29,060 bases of DNA from Macrostomum lignano (taxonomy: Eukaryota): contig NIVC01001099.1 in assembly GCA_002269645.1 (NCBI GenBank), forward strand, positions 1 through 29,060. The letters run 5' to 3'. Below are positions 25,435 to 29,060 of this stretch, in pieces (within the stretch, counting starts at the first letter, position 1; the number at the start of each line of letters is the position of its first letter). The notes beneath the pieces were generated by a model that was not told the DNA's origin, did not search any database, and saw nothing but the letters and a program-made list of their open reading frames with translations. The position numbers and the translations under genes are program-made.

Positions 25435-26035
25435 TACTTTTTTGCGATTGAATTCGTCCAAACTGCAAAACCTTTCGTCCACAAACGCTTTCTTAATGGG
25501 AGCTAAATTTAGATTATACCATAGACAACTGTGTTCACGCAAAACGGTTCATCCAGTTTGTAAAACATTTCGTCTAAACCCTTCGTCCAAACAGCTGGAA
25601 GCTTCTCAATGCGCCCGGTTTGAACGTAGGTGTCGACAATCGTTTTGGCTGTCTTTCTCTTGATCCCAAGGATATCGGCCAGTTGTTTCCAATCGCGGCC
25701 TTCTTCAACAGCCAAGGCTAATCGCCTGCGGTCTTCGTTTGACACTGGATGGTAGGGGCCTCGGTTCATCTTCGACTGTTTTGCCGGGTTTAGAATGGAA
25801 GATATGCGTTGCTGTAGCTGTAGTGGTAGCAAAAGCGAACTGTCAATTGGGTGTTAACTATGGTAGGAACAGTACACTCGGTCTCTAGTCTAGGGGACGA
25901 AATGTTTTACAAACTGGATGAACCTTTTTGCGTGAACACAGTTGTCTTTGGTATGATCTAAATTTAGCTCCCATTAAGAAAGCATTTGTGGACGAAAGGT
26001 TTTGCAGTTTGGACGAATTCAATCGCAAAAAAGTA
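25435..26035 (-). mobile_element. 601-bp non-autonomous Tc1/mariner (IS630-superfamily)-type element with 140-bp TIRs and TA target duplication
   Basis: 25435-25574 and 25896-26035 are inverted repeats with 4 mismatches, flanked by TA at 25433-34 and 26036-37. The internal HTH-like ORF from ATG 25769 reads MNRGPYHPVSNEDRRRLALAVEEGRDWKQLADILGIKRKTAKTIVDTYVQTGRIEKLP. There is no DDE domain. Confidence 0.85.
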
Positions 26036-26424
26036 TAGTACACACAGGCTCTTACAAGCTTCGATCTGACCAAGAAAAAACTTGTCTTTGGCCTCAAGCA
26101 ACCGAAATTTCTCGTCTTTTTAGCGTTGAACAATCAGACTCGCTTTATAGTTGAACAATGATGGATTTTCAACGCTGATCAAAAGAGTACATCTATGAGA
26201 CAATGTTGATGCGTATGTGGTTTGATCATAGACAATGATTAAGTTGTCTATACATTGCAGAGACTTTTTGATCCGACTGTAGAGCGTTACTTCCTGATTT
26301 TTCGATTTTCTTGAAACTTTCGCATATACCTAGCTGTTACCTGATATTCAGTCATAACTTATTCCAGGAAATTTTTTTGCAAACAGTCCCGGTTAAAAGG
26401 GATTTAGGGCAAAATGGTGAATTT

Positions 26425-26760
26425 ACGACAGAAACGACAGTGGCACGACAAGCACGACAGTGATACGACAGAAACTATACGACAGTCATCACTGTCGTAT
26501 GGCTGTACGACAGTTTACGACAGAGCTTTACGACAGTAAACCGAGACCTTGACCCACGAAACTTGTGTACGACAAGTAACGACAGTGGTCTGGGTCAATG
26601 ACTAAGGACCTGGACCCACCTTGACCCACGACAGTGTCATACGACAATGTACGACAGTGATTTACGACAGTGCCCAAACACACCCCCACCCCTCCTCCCA
26701 TTCGACAGTGTCATACGACAGTGTACGACAGTGATTTACGACAGTGCCCAAACACACCCC
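26425..26760 (+). repeat. Array of ACGACAG(T) motifs (left arm), including a ~73-bp direct duplication
   Basis: About 20 ACGACA(G/A) motifs. The block ACGACAGTGTCATACGACA..GATTTACGACAGTGCCCAAACACACCCC occurs twice. Confidence 0.9.
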
Positions 26761-28490
26761 CAATGGCATCTTAAGTGATAGTGATCTGAATTGTACGAGC
26801 CGTAACTCCACCGAAGCCGGTCCCAAGCCCGGTTGTAAAAGGAGGAGGGGATTCCTGACAGCATGCTGCAAAATTTGTGCACCATGTGGTGGGATACAAT
26901 TTTCACACCGTAAACGTCTGGTACATAAATTCGTTATGGGGGAGAGAAGTACGGAACATGGGTAGGGTGTGCTGGGTCGTTATGGAAGTCTTTTATAGTT
27001 CTTTTAAGGTTTCCTAGTGCTTTCTGTATGTAAATTGCAATGGAGGACTCCTCTGCGACAAATGTAAATTTAAAAGGGCAGTCAGTTAATTCAACGTTAA
27101 GTAGATCTACTTAGAAGTAAGGCAGCATAAGTGGCTCATTAGTTACTTTCTTTTTACCATGAAATGTTCATTGTTTTTACCAGCTTTGGGAGAAAGCAGC
27201 CAATAGTTAGTCCATTCAATTTGTGTAAACGTAAGTTGTCTTTCAATTTTTTCTAAACTTTTGTCATCCGTGATTAATAATTCATTGAACGGCCAATTAA
27301 TATTTTCGCCTAAGTCATTCGTTTGGACCACGGTGGCAACTGTCTGCTGTGGGCAATTAAGCCAAGCAGAGTCAATTTATTTTGAGCATTTGCATGCTAT
27401 AGAGTATTCGCAAGTTCAGGTCTCGCATCTCAATTCTTTATGCTTGGCGGCACAGCTGCAAAATAAAAAGAGGTAACACAACGGACCAAGACCGGAGCTA
27501 GTTGGCTCACGGCACATAATATCTAACACAACCATAAGGACATTGTGTTCGTTTATTGTGTTCCATCAAGAAACACAACAGTGTTTTTAGTATGCATGGC
27601 GCTTTAGTGGCGCAAAGTGGTGCGAAACTCTTATTGTCAGAGATTTAAGCATTTAGAAATCGATATTTGCGTGGGGTGGAGTTGCGCCTGATAAACAAGA
27701 AGCGTGCAAGCTGATTGGCTGCAGAGCGACGGGGCAGGCATTGTACACTTGAGAGTCAGAGAGTTAAACGGTGTACGGCCAACAGTTTAAAATAGGAATG
27801 AAATGTTGTGTATTACGCATATGCTGTCACCCATTACAGCCTACGACACGCAATAATCATGGATGATCCAATGACGTTGACGGGCTGCGGGATTTCCAGC
27901 GTCGCGTTCGCAAGGCTATGGAGGCCAAGGCCCGAGTCGTTAAGCGGACTCGTCTCAGTCTGGAGCAGAGCATCAACGTGGTCACCAACGCTGCCGCTCT
28001 TATGGCGCCGCCGTTGACAGCGACGGCTGGCAACGTTCCTCACACTGTTGACAGTGCCGCCAGTTCTCTACAGGCTGACGCACCCTTTGTTCAGGTGATT
28101 TGGGATCCATTATACTGTTTTTCATCTTTTGAGTTGATCATGACCGCAAGTACATTCGATCATGACCGTGTATTCGAATACCGTGCGTACCCCCTAATTA
28201 GTAGCCCGTGCATTTTTATTCAGTTCAAATCATCCATATGCCAATATTTGGCATGGCAATATGACAATGTTGCAATGAAAAAAGCTTTAAACACAGTCCG
28301 ATTCCGATACAGTTAATTTTTGTTCATTTATGTGCATACCTTTTAGTGCTCTGCACTGCAATGTATTATACATATTGAAAGTATATACAACCGGCCTTCC
28401 TATCAGTAATTTACGAGGGCAGCCAACCAGCCAGCCAGGCATGACTGTCCTGATATGCCGTGAAAATTACATTATTAACTATTTTAGTAT

Positions 28491-28810
28491 GGTCACTGTC
28501 GTAGGTCACTGTCGTACACTGTCGTGTGGCACTGTCGTAGGGCACTGTCGTAGACTGTCGTACAGTACTGTCGTATGGTCACTGTCGTAGGGCAGTGTCG
28601 TACTCTGTCGTAGGGTACTGTTGTATGGTCACTGTCGTAGGGCACTGTCGTATACTGTCGTACTCTGTCGTAAGATCTAGGTGGGTCAAGGTGGTTGACC
28701 TAACAAAGTTGGGATGCGGCACTGCCGTATTATGTCGTAAAAACGCCTGTCGTATGCTGACGAGGACTGTCGTAAAAGCTCTGTTGTATGGCTCTGTCGT
28801 ACGACTGTTG
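28491..28810 (-). repeat. Array of ACTGTCGT motifs (right arm, inverted relative to 26425-26760)
   Basis: More than 20 (A)CTGTCGT motifs. It shares inverted unique blocks CCACCTTGACCCAC and CAGAGCTTT(T)ACGACAGT with the left arm. Confidence 0.9.
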
Positions 28811-29060
28811 TTTTTTTCAAACGGAGTAATATTTAATTCGCTCATCACATTATCTGCCTGTACTGGATAAATTTTTCCGGTTATTCGCTACACGGTTTTA
28901 GCTGATTCTTTCTTCTTTCACTTGATTTGTTTGTCTCTTTGCAACTGCATCGTGAGCGTGGCGAATAGTTTTGAATTTAAAAAAGACAATTAAGCGTGCA
29001 CACCTACTAAGACATCATTTGTTCCTTATTCTGCAGACTGCTCCATATTTTATGCTCACA

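Noticed and set aside
25271-26133. ORFs 25271-25663, 25330-25542 and 25885-26133 with near-identical peptides
   Set aside because: They result from reading the two TIRs and are not duplicated genes.

Overview
This is eukaryotic (metazoan) genomic DNA with GC-rich spliced exons, GT-AG introns filled with minisatellites, and very long GATA/GACA microsatellites. The style suggests a free-living flatworm such as Macrostomum, but that is inference only. Five protein genes are supported: (1) an SLC17/sialin-like anion transporter (minus, 2652 to beyond the left edge, several 1-nt frameshifts); (2) an intact 3-exon DEG/ENaC channel (minus, 10370-7266, about 592 aa); (3) an intact 2-exon non-alpha Cys-loop ligand-gated ion channel with a very short M3-M4 loop (plus, 16707-18573, 383 aa); (4) the last two coding exons of a Wnt5-like gene (minus, 21388-19631); and (5) an intronless orphan surface protein with a signal peptide, RSKR furin-type site, Ig-like motifs and a hydrophobic tail (minus, 24148-22219). 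Mobile DNA includes two copies of a tRNA-headed SINE, a decayed Crypton-type tyrosine recombinase, a 601-bp Tc1/mariner-type element with 140-bp TIRs and only the HTH retained, and a 2.4-kb region bounded by inverted ACGACAGT arrays. The most striking pattern is tandem repeats built from functional gene boundaries: five copies of the ENaC exon-3 splice acceptor and 17 copies of the last six Wnt5 codons plus stop. No prokaryotic system, CRISPR array or rRNA is present.
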